Shown: positions 1 to 9,784, counted from the first letter of the whole stretch. The stretch: DNA of 41,228 nucleotides, filler included, from Chloroflexota bacterium (GCA_043754535.1; 2 parts of 2 records of this genome joined end to end with filler, not necessarily neighbours in it), one strand, 5' to 3'. Translations and numbers: made by a program. The notes: generated by a model not told the origin, from the sequence alone.

Positions 1-1
1 G

Positions 2-1156
2 GAGGCTCTGCAAGCGGCGGGGATTGTGGTGCAGAGCTTCAATAGCCACCTGCTGACCGAACCCGGCCAGGTGTTGAGCGGCAAGGGGGAGCCGTATACC
101 GTCTATACCCCCTTCAAGCGAGCCGCTCTCGAACGGCTGCTATTTGCCCCACCCAGCATCCCTGGCATCCCTGCCAATCTGCGCCTGCCAGAGCCAGTGC
201 TGGCCAAGGTGGAAGGTTTGCAGCAGGGCGCGCCTGCCAATCTGCTCGAAGGTATTGAAGCTCATCATCAGCCGGGCGGCGAAGCGGCAGCCCTGGCTCG
301 TCTCAAGCAGTTCGCCAGCAACCTGGTGGAGCGTAACGAGGATGGGGAAACACCCATCGCGCAGTATGCTAGCCAGCGCAACTTTCCCGCCGACCCTGGC
401 ACCTCGCGCCTCTCTGCGCACTTGCGGATGGGTACTATCGGGGTGCGGACTTGCTACCAAGCGGCCTTGCAAGCCAGTGGCCTGCTAGCCGACCGTCCGC
501 CCAGCCCTCAGTCCCACGGCGGCGAGTCCTGGATTGGCGAACTACTCTGGCGCGACTTCTACTACCAGATCATGTGGCACTACCCCCAGGTTGAGACGGA
601 GCCGTTGCAGGCGAAATACAAGACGCTAGCCACGCTGGACAACCAGAGCTATGTGGATGTGTGGGCAGCAGGGCAGACTGGCTACCCGATAGTGGACGCT
701 GGCGTGCGTCAGATGAACACGCTGGCCTGGATGCACAACCGTGTCCGCATGGTGACGGCTAGTTTCTTCTGCAAGCACCTGCGCCTGGATTATCGGCTAG
801 GCGAGCGCATCTTCATGCAGCGGTTGGAAGATGGCGACCTCGCGAGCAACAACGGTGGCTGGCAGTGGGTAGCTGGTAGCGGCACCGATGCCCAACCCTA
901 CTACCGTATCTTCAATCCCACCTTGCAGGGCGAACGCTACGACCCAGCGGGTGACTATGTGCGCCAGTTCGTGCCAGAACTCGCCAACGTGCCACAGAAG
1001 TACATCCACTCACCGTGGCTAATGCCCACCGAGGTGCAGCAGCAGGCAGGCTGCGTGATTGGCAAGCACTACCCTGCCCCCATTGTTGACCACAAGGAGG
1101 CGCGGGTGGCAGCGTTGGCGATGTATGAAGCGGTCAACAAGGCTGGGGACAGATAG
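2..1156 (+). CDS. phrB: Deoxyribodipyrimidine photolyase / cryptochrome family (5' end truncated by window edge)
   Basis: Motifs YTVYTPF, TSRLSAHLRMG, ELLWRDF, WMHNRVRM, DGDLASNNGGWQW, RIFNP; frame is open from position 2. Confidence 0.93.
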   Translation, partial: EALQAAGIVVQSFNSHLLTEPGQVLSGKGEPYTVYTPFKRAALERLLFAPPSIPGIPANLRLPEPVLAKVEGLQQGAPANLLEGIEAHHQPGGEAAALARLKQFASNLVERNEDGETPIAQYASQRNFPADPGTSRLSAHLRMGTIGVRTCYQAALQASGLLADRPPSPQSHGGESWIGELLWRDFYYQIMWHYPQVETEPLQAKYKTLATLDNQSYVDVWAAGQTGYPIVDAGVRQMNTLAWMHNRVRMVTASFFCKHLRLDYRLGERIFMQRLEDGDLASNNGGWQWVAGSGTDAQPYYRIFNPTLQGERYDPAGDYVRQFVPELANVPQKYIHSPWLMPTEVQQQAGCVIGKHYPAPIVDHKEARVAALAMYEAVNKAGDR

Positions 1157-1172
1157 AGAGGTCAAGTAGAGC

Positions 1173-2387
1173 TTGGCAAAGAATCCAGACGTTCCCAGCT
1201 TGCGCGCCCGCCTGGGGGTTGGCCTCAGCCGCAATGTATTGGTTCTCGGCTTCGTCTCGCTCTTTACTGATATCAGCAGCGAAATGATCGTGCCAATCCG
1301 TTCTATCTTCCTGGTTAGCGTGCTAGGTACCCCCGCCATCCTCCTGGGCTTGATAGAAGGAGTGGCGGAGAGTACCGCTAGCTCGCTGAAAATTGTGTCT
1401 GGACGATTGGCTGATCGTCTTAGTGAGCGCAAGCCGCTAATCCTCGCTGGCTACGGCCTCTCCAACCTGATCAAGCCATTCACTGCCTTTGTTGCAAGCT
1501 GGCCGCAAGCTCTTAGCCTGATCTTCCTTGACCGGGTAGGTAAGGGCATACGCAGCTCCCCTCGTGATGCTCTACTGGCTGATTCGACTGCTGCCAGCCA
1601 TCGTGGCAAGGCTTTCGGCTTTCACCGAGCAATGGACACAGTAGGTGCCAGCATTGGTCCTTTGCTCACTGCTCTTATCCTTGCTCTGAACAACAACGAT
1701 TTGCGCCAAGTCTTCCTCTGGACACTCCCTCCGGGCCTGATCAGCATCGCCGTTATCTTCTTCTACCTGCACGAACGTCCTACCAAAGCCTCGTTGCTCA
1801 AGGTGCAGCCGCCAGCACTGCAACCACCACTTTCGTTGGGTAAACGCTACTGGCTGTTCATCATGATCGCTACCCTCTTCGCTGTCGGCAACTCGTCAGA
1901 CGCTTTCCTCTTCCTCCGAGCCAATGAGCTGCTGGGTAGCACTGCGGCAGTGCCGCTTGTCTACTTCGGCTTCAACCTTGTCTACGCTGTGCTAGCCACT
2001 CCTCTCGGCTCCCTCAGTGACCACGTGGGACGGGTGCCAGTGCTGTTGGTCAGCTTCAGCACTTTCGCCCTCGTCTACTTTGGTTGGGTAGGTGCTGGAG
2101 CAGTCTGGCAGGTGGTTGTTCTTTTCCTCGTCTATGCTATCTACGCCGCTGCCAATGAGGGAGTGAGCAAAGCCCTGGTAACAGACCTGGTGCCTAAGGC
2201 GCAACGCGGCACAGGTCTCGGCTGGTTCAATGGGCTGACCGGCATCGCCGCTCTGCCTGCTAATTTGATTGCTGGTTGGCTCTGGAGCAGTTACGGCCCG
2301 GCTGCCACGTTCGCTTTCGGCTCCGCCACCAGCCTCGTTGCTGTTGCGCTACTGATCGGCTGGTACTTGACCTATCGGGGGAAGTGA
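1173..2387 (+). CDS. MFS transporter
   Basis: About 12 hydrophobic segments; MFS motif A twice (GRLADRLSERK, GSLSDHVGR). Confidence 0.92.
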   Translation: MAKNPDVPSLRARLGVGLSRNVLVLGFVSLFTDISSEMIVPIRSIFLVSVLGTPAILLGLIEGVAESTASSLKIVSGRLADRLSERKPLILAGYGLSNLIKPFTAFVASWPQALSLIFLDRVGKGIRSSPRDALLADSTAASHRGKAFGFHRAMDTVGASIGPLLTALILALNNNDLRQVFLWTLPPGLISIAVIFFYLHERPTKASLLKVQPPALQPPLSLGKRYWLFIMIATLFAVGNSSDAFLFLRANELLGSTAAVPLVYFGFNLVYAVLATPLGSLSDHVGRVPVLLVSFSTFALVYFGWVGAGAVWQVVVLFLVYAIYAAANEGVSKALVTDLVPKAQRGTGLGWFNGLTGIAALPANLIAGWLWSSYGPAATFAFGSATSLVAVALLIGWYLTYRGK

Positions 2388-2408
2388 GTGTACCTGGCTT
2401 GAGAGAGC

Positions 2409-2445
2409 AAAAAGGAGAAGCTGTGCGCCTCTCCTCTTTGTTTGC
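2409..2445. terminator. Probable bidirectional intrinsic terminator between the MFS gene and the tRNA cluster
   Basis: AAAAAGGAGAAGC-loop-GCCTCTCCTCTTTG imperfect hairpin between convergent transcripts. Confidence 0.5.
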
Positions 2446-2466
2446 TGCGCTATGTGGTTGGTAAGG

Positions 2467-2539
2467 TGCTCAGAGTCAGACTCGAACTGACGACCCTGCG
2501 ATTTTCAGTCGCATGCTCTACCAACTGAGCTACCTGAGC
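2467..2539 (-). tRNA. tRNA-Phe (GAA); CCA not fully encoded
   Basis: Reverse complement GCTCAGG...TGCGA-CTGAAAA-TCGCA...TTCGAGT...TCTGAGCA folds as a cloverleaf. Confidence 0.95.
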
Positions 2540-2551
2540 CTGGAAGGGAAC

Positions 2552-2628
2552 TGGTGGGTGGCATAGGACTCGAACCTATGACCCCCTCGGTGTAAGCGAG
2601 GTGCTCTAACCAACTGAGCTAGCCACCC
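2552..2628 (-). tRNA. tRNA-Val (TAC)
   Basis: Reverse complement GGGTGGC...CCTCG-CTTACAC-CGAGG...GGTTCGAGTCC...GCCACCCACCA. Confidence 0.96.
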
Positions 2629-2647
2629 AATTCGCCGCTAATTTTTG

Positions 2648-2733
2648 TGGTGCCCAGGAGAGGATTTGAACCTCCACGCGCTTGCGCGCACCAGCCCCTC
2701 AAGCTGGCGTGTCTGCCGTTTCACCACCTGGGC
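2648..2733 (-). tRNA. tRNA-Leu (GAG)
   Basis: Reverse complement GCCCAGG...CCAGC-TTGAGGG-GCTGG, long variable arm, GGTTCAAATCC, CCA end. Confidence 0.96.
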
Positions 2734-2755
2734 ATATTTAGCAGCGGCGTTGCTT

Positions 2756-2784
2756 ATTATACTCGAAATTGGCCCCGATGTCAA
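2756..2784 (-). promoter_or_regulatory. Sigma-70 promoter of the tRNA Leu-Val-Phe cluster
   Basis: Perfect TTGACA-N17-TATAAT on the minus strand just upstream of tRNA-Leu. Confidence 0.9.
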
Positions 2785-3018
2785 ACCAGGCGGGCTTATT
2801 GTTTGGGCTTTAGCTGTTAGTTGGGCTGTTCTTCAGGCTTGAGGATAGGGACGGTCTTGCGCCCACCCGGCTGCGCTTGGGGTCGCGCGAATCTTAGTAG
2901 CCGCCAACAACAATCTAAAGCCAACTGTTGCCACGCCTTGCTACCTTGACACCCTGGCGTAGCAGATGATAAACTAGCGGCTGAAGGGCTAAAGCTGGCC
3001 CACTTTTCGGCTGAGGAG

Positions 3019-3786
3019 ATGACGATGAGCAAGCCCCTGATTGGTATCACCACTCTGCTGGACGCTGACCACCCGCTAATGCGCCTGGCTCAGAACGAGA
3101 GCTACGTTCGGGCGGTTGAGGCGGCGGGCGGCGCAGTCGTTCTTGTCCCCTTGACTGGCGACGAGCAGAACCTGCGCCGCGTCTACAGCGTGCTGGACGG
3201 TCTGCTGCTGCCTGGTGGCCCCGACGTGGAGCCAGCCCGCTATGGCCGCCCCCGCCATCCCCGCACCGGCGAAGGGGCTATGGGCTTGCAACCACTGCTC
3301 GACGAGGTGGAAGATCGCCTGATCCAATGGGCGATCAGTGACCGCTTGCCGATCCTGGGGGTCTGTCGCGGGATGCAGATACTCAATGTCGCGCTCGGTG
3401 GCACCCTCTACCAGCATATCGGCCCCGATGCCGATGCTGACTTCCCCGCTCTGCTGCACGACGGCCACGAGGAGGCGCAGGCCCGCAACTACCTGGCCCA
3501 CCCGATCCGCATTGAGGCTGGCACCAACCTGGCCGCGACCCTTGCAGTAGGCGAGGTGGCGGTCAATACCTTCCACCACCAGGCGGTTGCCGCGCTCGCT
3601 CCCAGCCTGCGCGCCACCGCATATGCACCCGATGGTGTGCTGGAGGCCGCAGAATGGTGCGAGGATGATGGCCGCTTTGTGCAGGCGATCCAGTGCCACC
3701 CTGAACACCTGTGGGGAGAGCAGCAGTGGTCGGCCCACCTGTTCCAGGCCTTCGTAGCGGCGGCGGCTAAGCGGGCGCAACCGTGA
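3019..3786 (+). CDS. Gamma-glutamyl-gamma-aminobutyrate hydrolase family (peptidase C26, class I glutamine amidotransferase)
   Basis: LDGLLLPGGPDV, GVCRGMQ (catalytic Cys), NTFHHQAV, QCHPE. Confidence 0.92.
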   Translation: MTMSKPLIGITTLLDADHPLMRLAQNESYVRAVEAAGGAVVLVPLTGDEQNLRRVYSVLDGLLLPGGPDVEPARYGRPRHPRTGEGAMGLQPLLDEVEDRLIQWAISDRLPILGVCRGMQILNVALGGTLYQHIGPDADADFPALLHDGHEEAQARNYLAHPIRIEAGTNLAATLAVGEVAVNTFHHQAVAALAPSLRATAYAPDGVLEAAEWCEDDGRFVQAIQCHPEHLWGEQQWSAHLFQAFVAAAAKRAQP

Positions 3787-4847
3787 GCGACCCGCAGGAA
3801 CGTGCGCCTCTACCACAGGATCAGCAAGCCTACTGGGGCCGCCCTGACCCACTAGCCGCCGTCTCGCCACCCGGCCTGAACGAGCCTCCAGTAGGATCAC
3901 CGCTAGCGGCGGAGCAGGCCACCACGGTGCCGCTGCTGGTGGGGGTGCAACGCAAGCCTGGCCTCCTGCCCTGGCTGATCGCGCTGCTGATCGGGGGCAT
4001 AGGGGCGGCTGTGGTCTACTTCTTTCTCAATCAGCCTGCACCCCCCGCTGCTGGCAAGCCGACCGCTGTTGCTGCTGCTAGCCTCGCCTCCCCGACGGCA
4101 GCGACCAGCCCAACCGCCGCCCGGCTGCAAGCTGCTACCGTGACCAGCAGCCCCCCTGCTACTGCCATCAACGCGATAGCCGCCAGCACACCGCAGCCTC
4201 TCTACTACGCGGTGAGCAGGGGGGTACCATCGCAGGAGATGATAGTCACTACTAACAAGGGGGTGATCGTCGCTGAACTGTACGCCACCGCTGCGCCGAC
4301 TACTATCGCCCAGTTTGCTACCCGCGCCAACCGGGGCGACTTTGATGGCCGTCGCTTCCACCGCTACGAGGACTGGTTGGTGCAGGGCAACGACCCCACC
4401 TGCACCGATCTCACTACTAGCCCTCAGTGTGGCAATGGTGGCGGCGCGCTGCTCAGCGAACTAAACGACATTCCCTTCCAGCCCGGCTCGATTGGCATGG
4501 CCCGCACCGCCTGGATCACCTATACCAACGCCGATCAGTTCTTCATCGTCAAGCAGTCGCGTACCTACCCCGACCTTAGCTTCCTGAACAACAAGCTGGG
4601 GGCGAACGGCTTGCCGATAGACGGCTACACCAACATTGGCAAGGTGACAGATGGCGAGGACGTGGTACGCAATCTTCGGCGGGACGATACGATCCAGAGC
4701 GTGCGCGTGCTAGCTCTGCCCGCCAGCACCCCCTCACTGCCTGCTTCGGGGCAGACGGTGGCTCCCACCCTGCCTGCGGCCCAGCAGACAGGGCAGCCGT
4801 TGCCGGCGCAGCCACAGCAAACTACTACTAACAACATGAATAAGTAA
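3783..4847 (+). CDS. Membrane-anchored cyclophilin-type peptidyl-prolyl isomerase
   Basis: One TM helix, Ala/Thr/Pro linker, then FDGRRFHR...VQGNDP, GSIGMAR, QFFI, YTNIGKV. Confidence 0.85.
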   Translation: MSDPQERAPLPQDQQAYWGRPDPLAAVSPPGLNEPPVGSPLAAEQATTVPLLVGVQRKPGLLPWLIALLIGGIGAAVVYFFLNQPAPPAAGKPTAVAAASLASPTAATSPTAARLQAATVTSSPPATAINAIAASTPQPLYYAVSRGVPSQEMIVTTNKGVIVAELYATAAPTTIAQFATRANRGDFDGRRFHRYEDWLVQGNDPTCTDLTTSPQCGNGGGALLSELNDIPFQPGSIGMARTAWITYTNADQFFIVKQSRTYPDLSFLNNKLGANGLPIDGYTNIGKVTDGEDVVRNLRRDDTIQSVRVLALPASTPSLPASGQTVAPTLPAAQQTGQPLPAQPQQTTTNNMNK

Positions 4848-4909
4848 GCGGTAATGGTATTAAGAAGGTGAACAGCAGGGTAGAGCGGGGCGGCTGGGGA
4901 GGTGATAAG

Positions 4910-5740
4910 ATGAGCAGCACACAGCCAATTGGCATCTTCGATAGCGGCGTGGGCGGCCTCTCCGTTGCGCTGGCGGTAAGCGAGCAGCTACCTCCGGAGC
5001 GGCTGATCTACTACGCTGATAGCGGGCGCGCGCCCTGGGGGGTGCGCCCACCAGAGCAAATCCGCGAGTTTAGCCATGCCGCCGTCCGCTTCCTGGTTGA
5101 GCTTGGCGCGAAGATGATCGTGGTTGCCTGCAACACCTCCACCGTCCACGCGATCCGCTACCTGCGCGAGGGCTGGCCGGGTATTCCTTTCGTTGGCACC
5201 GTACCAGCAGTTAAGCCAGCGGCGCGGGCGACCCGCAGCGGCAAGATCGGGGTGCTGGCAACTGCTGCCACTGCACATGGTGTGGCGTTGGCCGACCTGA
5301 TCGATCAATTCGTCGAGCCGCAGGGAGTGGCAGTGAGCGTGGTCGCCCCGCGCGGCCTGGTCGAGCAGGTAGAGCGGGGTGAACTGGAAAGTCCTGCTAC
5401 CATCGCTATCCTGCGCGAGTCGCTTGTGCCAATGCTGGCGGCGGGGGTGGATACGCTGGTGCATGGCTGCACCCACTTCCCATTCTTGCGCCAACAGATC
5501 GCAGCGGTGACGGGTGGGCGGATGCAGCAGATCGAGTCGGGGCCAGCGATAGCGCGCCAGAGTGGGCGGGTGCTGGCCGAGCGCGGCCTGCTCAACCCAG
5601 GCCCACACCACTACGCTCTGGCAGAGATCAGCCTCTACACCAGCGGCGACCCGGCGCAGGTGGCAGCGACGGTGGCGAAGCTCCTGGGCGAACCGATCCC
5701 AGTGCTGCACCACGACGCACTAGCTGCTATGGTGCGGTGA
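4910..5740 (+). CDS. murI: Glutamate racemase
   Basis: IGIFDSGVGGLSV, VACNT, GCTHFP; GGAGGTG Shine-Dalgarno before ATG at 4910. Confidence 0.95.
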   Translation: MSSTQPIGIFDSGVGGLSVALAVSEQLPPERLIYYADSGRAPWGVRPPEQIREFSHAAVRFLVELGAKMIVVACNTSTVHAIRYLREGWPGIPFVGTVPAVKPAARATRSGKIGVLATAATAHGVALADLIDQFVEPQGVAVSVVAPRGLVEQVERGELESPATIAILRESLVPMLAAGVDTLVHGCTHFPFLRQQIAAVTGGRMQQIESGPAIARQSGRVLAERGLLNPGPHHYALAEISLYTSGDPAQVAATVAKLLGEPIPVLHHDALAAMVR

Positions 5741-5857
5741 TCGCCGCCTGCCGCGCCTCCATCCTGGCGCACATGAGCCTACAACGACTGCCGTTCGTGC
5801 CAGCTGAGCTAGGCTACTTGCATCGGGCGGTATTAGAAGCGGAGCGGCCACTCACGA

Positions 5858-7126
5858 TTAGTCTATCTCCAAGAGGTTGAGGAACTCGTCGTTGTCCTTG
5901 TAGGGGCCGATCACCGCGAGGCAGAGACCGTCGGAGGTGAAGTAGCGGTTTGCCATCTCGTGCAGGTCGTCGCTGGTGACGGCATCAATGCGGCTCATCG
6001 CCTCGTCCGCGTCGATAATCTCGCCGTGGCGCATCTCCTGACCCGCCAGCCAGCTAGCCACCCCATCGGTGCTTTCCAGGCCGAGAACAAAGCCGCCCTT
6101 CATGTACTCCTTCGCCTTCGTCAACTCCTGTTCACCGACCCGTTCGCGCTTTAGCTTGCCAAGCTCCTTCAACACTGCGGTTACACTCTCCTGCGCCCGC
6201 GTTACGTCCATGCCCCCGTAGAGACCGAACATCCCGCTGTCCGAGAGCTTGTGGGTGTAGCTGCCGACGCTGTAGCAGAGACCCTGGTTTTCGCGGAGTT
6301 CGACGAACAGGCGCGAACTCATACCGCTGCCGAGGACGGTGCTGAGGACATCGAGCTTGTAGCGGTCGGGGTCGTGGTAGCTGAGGCCGGGCAGGCCGAT
6401 CAGCACGTTCGCCTGCTCCGTCTCCTTGTTGTAGACGAGGGCGCGGCGGTCGCGGGGCAGCGGGCCAGTGGCAGGCGGGCCAGCGTGTTCGACGCGGGGA
6501 TAGTCGCCGAAGATGGCAGCTACCTGCTGCACAACCTCCTCATGCTGGACGTTGCCCGCCACGCTAACTACGCAGTTCGTCGGCACATACTGCAGTTTGA
6601 GGTAGGCTAGCAAGTCGTCGCGGGTGATCGCGCCCACGCTCGCGCGCGTACCGCCGACGGGCCTACCCACCGGCTGGTCGCCCCAGAACTCCAGGCCGAA
6701 CAGTTCGCCTACCAGGTCGCTGGGCGTGTCCAAGGTGGCGTTGATCTCCTCAATGATCACCTGCCGCTCGCGCTCTACGTCATCCTCTTTGAACAAGGGG
6801 CGATCCATCATATCGGTCAGCACTTCGAGGGCGGTGCTAAAGTGGTTGCTCGGCACCTTCGCATAGTAGTTGGTTAGTTCGAGGCCGGTGCTGGCGTTCA
6901 GATCGCCACCCACCCCTTCAATGGCTTCGGAAATCTGCTGGGGGAGTGGTCGCTTCTCTGTCCCCTTGAAGACGAGGTGTTCGATGAAGTGGCTGCCGCC
7001 GCCAAATAGTTTCTGCTCGTAGCGGCTGCCTACCCCGTAGTAGAGCATCACGGTTGCGCTGCGAGTGTGGGGCATCTCGCTGGTGATGATGCGAACGCCG
7101 TTGTCCAACGTAGTTTTCTGGTACAA
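5858..7126 (-). CDS. M16 (pitrilysin) family zinc peptidase
   Basis: Inverted zinc motif HFIEHLVFKGT, GMSSRLF; likely TTG start at 7126 after AGGAG. Confidence 0.92.
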   Translation of the reverse strand: MYQKTTLDNGVRIITSEMPHTRSATVMLYYGVGSRYEQKLFGGGSHFIEHLVFKGTEKRPLPQQISEAIEGVGGDLNASTGLELTNYYAKVPSNHFSTALEVLTDMMDRPLFKEDDVERERQVIIEEINATLDTPSDLVGELFGLEFWGDQPVGRPVGGTRASVGAITRDDLLAYLKLQYVPTNCVVSVAGNVQHEEVVQQVAAIFGDYPRVEHAGPPATGPLPRDRRALVYNKETEQANVLIGLPGLSYHDPDRYKLDVLSTVLGSGMSSRLFVELRENQGLCYSVGSYTHKLSDSGMFGLYGGMDVTRAQESVTAVLKELGKLKRERVGEQELTKAKEYMKGGFVLGLESTDGVASWLAGQEMRHGEIIDADEAMSRIDAVTSDDLHEMANRYFTSDGLCLAVIGPYKDNDEFLNLLEID

Positions 7127-7245
7127 AGTGGTCTCCTGTGTGGTCTGTCTTGCGCTATTATAACAAATTGGGGTACGCTGTCGAACTGGCAGCGGACTCA
7201 GGCACGAGCGGTACCACCTCAAGTGCCGACTAGCAGCCCAGCCGC

Positions 7246-7275
7246 TTGACATTGGCATGGCGATTAGTTTATAAT
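7246..7275 (+). promoter_or_regulatory. Sigma-70 promoter for the riboswitch/antiporter transcript
   Basis: TTGACA-N18-TATAAT. Confidence 0.85.
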
Positions 7276-7283
7276 CCTGCCTA

Positions 7284-7388
7284 AGGAAAGGGAGTAGCCG
7301 ACCGCCCATGGCGGGGGTGGAGTGCGTCAACACGGGGCGATAGCCCCCGCGCTCAACCGGGTGATTTTTGCCAGCGGCGAGACGATCC
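7284..7388 (+). promoter_or_regulatory. yybP-ykoY (manganese-sensing) riboswitch
   Basis: Hallmark segments in order: GGGAGTAGCC ... CGTCAACAC ... GGCGAGAC, starting just after a strong promoter and upstream of a cation transporter. Confidence 0.75.
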
Positions 7389-7501
7389 ACGATGGCCTGT
7401 ATCTACGGGTCGGGCATGGGCTATCTCCGCCGCTTTTTGCTGCCAGCCAAGACCGACCTCCAGTGGCGTAAGTATGCGCCAGAAGTGGAGACCTGTTGCT
7501 G

Positions 7502-8776
7502 ATGCAGAAGTTCAAGTTCTACCTGCTTGCTGCGGCGGTTACCCTACCCGCCCTTGGCTTGCGCCTCACTGGTTCGCACGTCGCCCCGCTACTAGAAGCC
7601 TTGATTTACGGCCTGGCAATCCTCGGTGCCGCCTTCCTGCTCTCCTGGGCAGCAGAAGCAGCTCAGAAAGACCTCTCGCAGGGGGCAGCCTTGGCGATCC
7701 TGGCCTTGATCACCATCCTCCCTGAATACGCTATCGACCTCTACTACACCTGGCAGGCAGGCAAAGACCCCAGTTCGGAGTACGTCAGCTATGCGGCGGC
7801 CAACATGACCGGGGCCAATCGGCTGCTGGTTGGCTTCGCCTGGCCGCTGATCGCCATCCTCTTTTGGTGGCGCACGGGCAAACGGGCGGTGCAACTTAGC
7901 TGGGAAAACTCAGCGGAGGTCGCCTTCCTCGGCATTGCTACCCTCTACTCTTTCACCATCCCGCTGCGAAGCGAGATCAGCCTCTACGACTTCGTGTTCC
8001 TCGGCGGTCTATTCTTCGCCTACCTCTGGCGCATCAGCAAGATGCCGGTTGAGGATGAGCATTTGGAGGGGCCAGCTGTGGCGATTGGCAATCTGCCCCG
8101 CACTCAACGAAGGTGGAGCATCGGCTTGTTGGCTCTCTTTGCCGCCTTCGTCATCCTGCTGGTTGCGGAACCGTTCGCCGAGGCCCTGATCCACAGCGGC
8201 GAGTCGCTGGGCATTGACGAGTTCTTGCTAATCCAGTGGCTAGCCCCGCTTGCCAGCGAAGCCCCAGAGGTAGTCATCTGTGTGCTGTTCGTTCTCAAGC
8301 TGAAACCAACCGCCGCCATCGGTGCGCTGGTCAGCAGCAAAATCAACCAATGGACGTTGCTGGTAGGCATGATCCCCCTTGTCTACTCGCTGGCGGCTGG
8401 ACGGTTGGCTGCCCTACCGCTGGGCGAACGGCAGAACGAGGAGTTCTTCCTCACTGCTGCCCAGTCGCTCTTTGCGGTCGCTCTGCTGCTACGCCTGCGC
8501 CTTAGCCTATGGGGGGCATTTGCCCTGCTAATCATGTTCATCGGCCAGTTCACCCTCAGCTTTATCTACCGTAACGACGAGCCAACCACTATCGCAGTGC
8601 TGACCGCTTTCGCCTGGCTCTACGTCGCCCTGGCTGCTGCTCTCTTTCTCTGGAACCGTCGCTTCATTGACGACTACATCAAGATCGGCATCCTCAATCG
8701 CCCCGCGCCAGAGCTAGAGGCTGCCCACCGCGAAGATGCGCCGCAGCTAGCCCTGGCAGTGCCACCCCCAGAATGA
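7502..8776 (+). CDS. Cation:proton/sodium antiporter, CaCA family (candidate Mn2+ exporter)
   Basis: Alpha-repeats ILPEYAID...AANMTGANR and PLASEAPE...LVSSKINQWTLL; many TM helices. Confidence 0.85.
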   Translation: MQKFKFYLLAAAVTLPALGLRLTGSHVAPLLEALIYGLAILGAAFLLSWAAEAAQKDLSQGAALAILALITILPEYAIDLYYTWQAGKDPSSEYVSYAAANMTGANRLLVGFAWPLIAILFWWRTGKRAVQLSWENSAEVAFLGIATLYSFTIPLRSEISLYDFVFLGGLFFAYLWRISKMPVEDEHLEGPAVAIGNLPRTQRRWSIGLLALFAAFVILLVAEPFAEALIHSGESLGIDEFLLIQWLAPLASEAPEVVICVLFVLKLKPTAAIGALVSSKINQWTLLVGMIPLVYSLAAGRLAALPLGERQNEEFFLTAAQSLFAVALLLRLRLSLWGAFALLIMFIGQFTLSFIYRNDEPTTIAVLTAFAWLYVALAAALFLWNRRFIDDYIKIGILNRPAPELEAAHREDAPQLALAVPPPE

Positions 8777-8813
8777 GAGAAGTGGAGCAGCGAACGTAAC
8801 ATAGCCTTGATTA

Positions 8814-8829
8814 TGGCGTTATACCTGCT
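8814..8829 (+). promoter_or_regulatory. Putative sigma-54-type -24/-12 promoter
   Basis: TGGCGTTATACCTGCT (GG-N10-GC) about 40 nt upstream of the GlsB-family start. Confidence 0.5.
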
Positions 8830-8866
8830 GCAACCAGTAACCTTTGCACACAAGAGGAGGAATACC

Positions 8867-9154
8867 ATGCAGTTCGACATCATCGGATTTATCATCATGG
8901 TGGTGATCGGGGCCGTGATCGGCTTCATCGCTGACGCTATTGTACCAGGCGCACTCCCTGGCGGTTGGATCGGGGCTGCTTTGGCAGGCATCGTCGGTAG
9001 CTTCGTCGGCGGCTACCTGTTTAATGCCCTCAAGCTCCCTCTCGGCCCGATTTTCTACGGGTTCGCTGTCGTACCATCGATCATTGGTGCCATCATCGTC
9101 GCTCTGCTCGTCCGCTTCCTGATGCAGAACAGTGGCAGGCGATCACGTCGCTGA
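8867..9154 (+). CDS. GlsB/YeaQ/YmgE family (transglycosylase-associated) stress membrane protein
   Basis: IGAVIGFIADAIVPG...AGIVGSFVGGYLF...PSIIGAII; GAGGAGG Shine-Dalgarno. Confidence 0.88.
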   Translation: MQFDIIGFIIMVVIGAVIGFIADAIVPGALPGGWIGAALAGIVGSFVGGYLFNALKLPLGPIFYGFAVVPSIIGAIIVALLVRFLMQNSGRRSRR

Positions 9155-9227
9155 CCACTGCTTCTACCCGCGTAGGCAGTATAGTTGAGACACGGGCGGT
9201 GGACGCGAGTCTGCCGTCCCTTACTTC

Positions 9228-9243
9228 TGGCACGATCTGTGCT
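9228..9243 (+). promoter_or_regulatory. Putative sigma-54-type -24/-12 promoter
   Basis: TGGCACGATCTGTGCT (GG-N10-GC) upstream of the YtxH gene. Confidence 0.6.
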
Positions 9244-9316
9244 GTCTGCTGAAACAAGCACGCGGCTGGGCCTGTCTGTTAAAGAGAAGTGAACCGCCTG
9301 CAAAAGGAGGTCTGTA

Positions 9317-9784
9317 GTGGCTAACAAAGAGAAGCAGAATAGTGGCGAGGGTGTGTTCATTGGGGGGTTGATCGCTGGGGCATTGCTGGGTTGTGCCTAT
9401 GGGTTGCTCTCCACCCCGCGCACTGGTGAGGGCAACCGCCGCCACCTGCAAGCTCGCGGCCAGCAGCTAGTGGCTGACACCCGCGAGAAGGTGACGGAGA
9501 CAACTGCGGGCGTGCGCGAGACGGTTGGCGGCGCACTAGGCGAGGTCAAGCAGAACGTCGAGCAGACGACTAGCAGCCTACGGGCTGGAGCGGAAGATGC
9601 ACTTATCACAGCGCGTAGTGGGGCGGCCCATGCTAGTGAAGACGTACGCGCCCGCGTCGATGGCGCAGTGGCGACGGTGCGCGAGACTGGTGAGCATATC
9701 GGTGAGACCGCCCGTCAACGAGCTAATGCCTTGACCGATATCCGCCTCGACCACCTGACCGAAGATGAACCTGCCAGCTACTGA
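9317..9784 (+). CDS. YtxH domain-containing protein
   Basis: FIGGLIAGALLG...LLSTPRTGEGNR followed by LEA-like helical repeats; AAGGAGG Shine-Dalgarno, GTG start. Confidence 0.85.
   Translation: MANKEKQNSGEGVFIGGLIAGALLGCAYGLLSTPRTGEGNRRHLQARGQQLVADTREKVTETTAGVRETVGGALGEVKQNVEQTTSSLRAGAEDALITARSGAAHASEDVRARVDGAVATVRETGEHIGETARQRANALTDIRLDHLTEDEPASY

Noticed and set aside
2467..2733. tRNA cluster as an integration site of a mobile element
   Set aside because: No integrase, transposase or duplicated tRNA 3' end seen in the window
7127..7390. N-terminal extension of the M16 peptidase given by the ORF track
   Set aside because: Overlaps divergent promoters and the riboswitch; homology and Shine-Dalgarno support the TTG start at 7126
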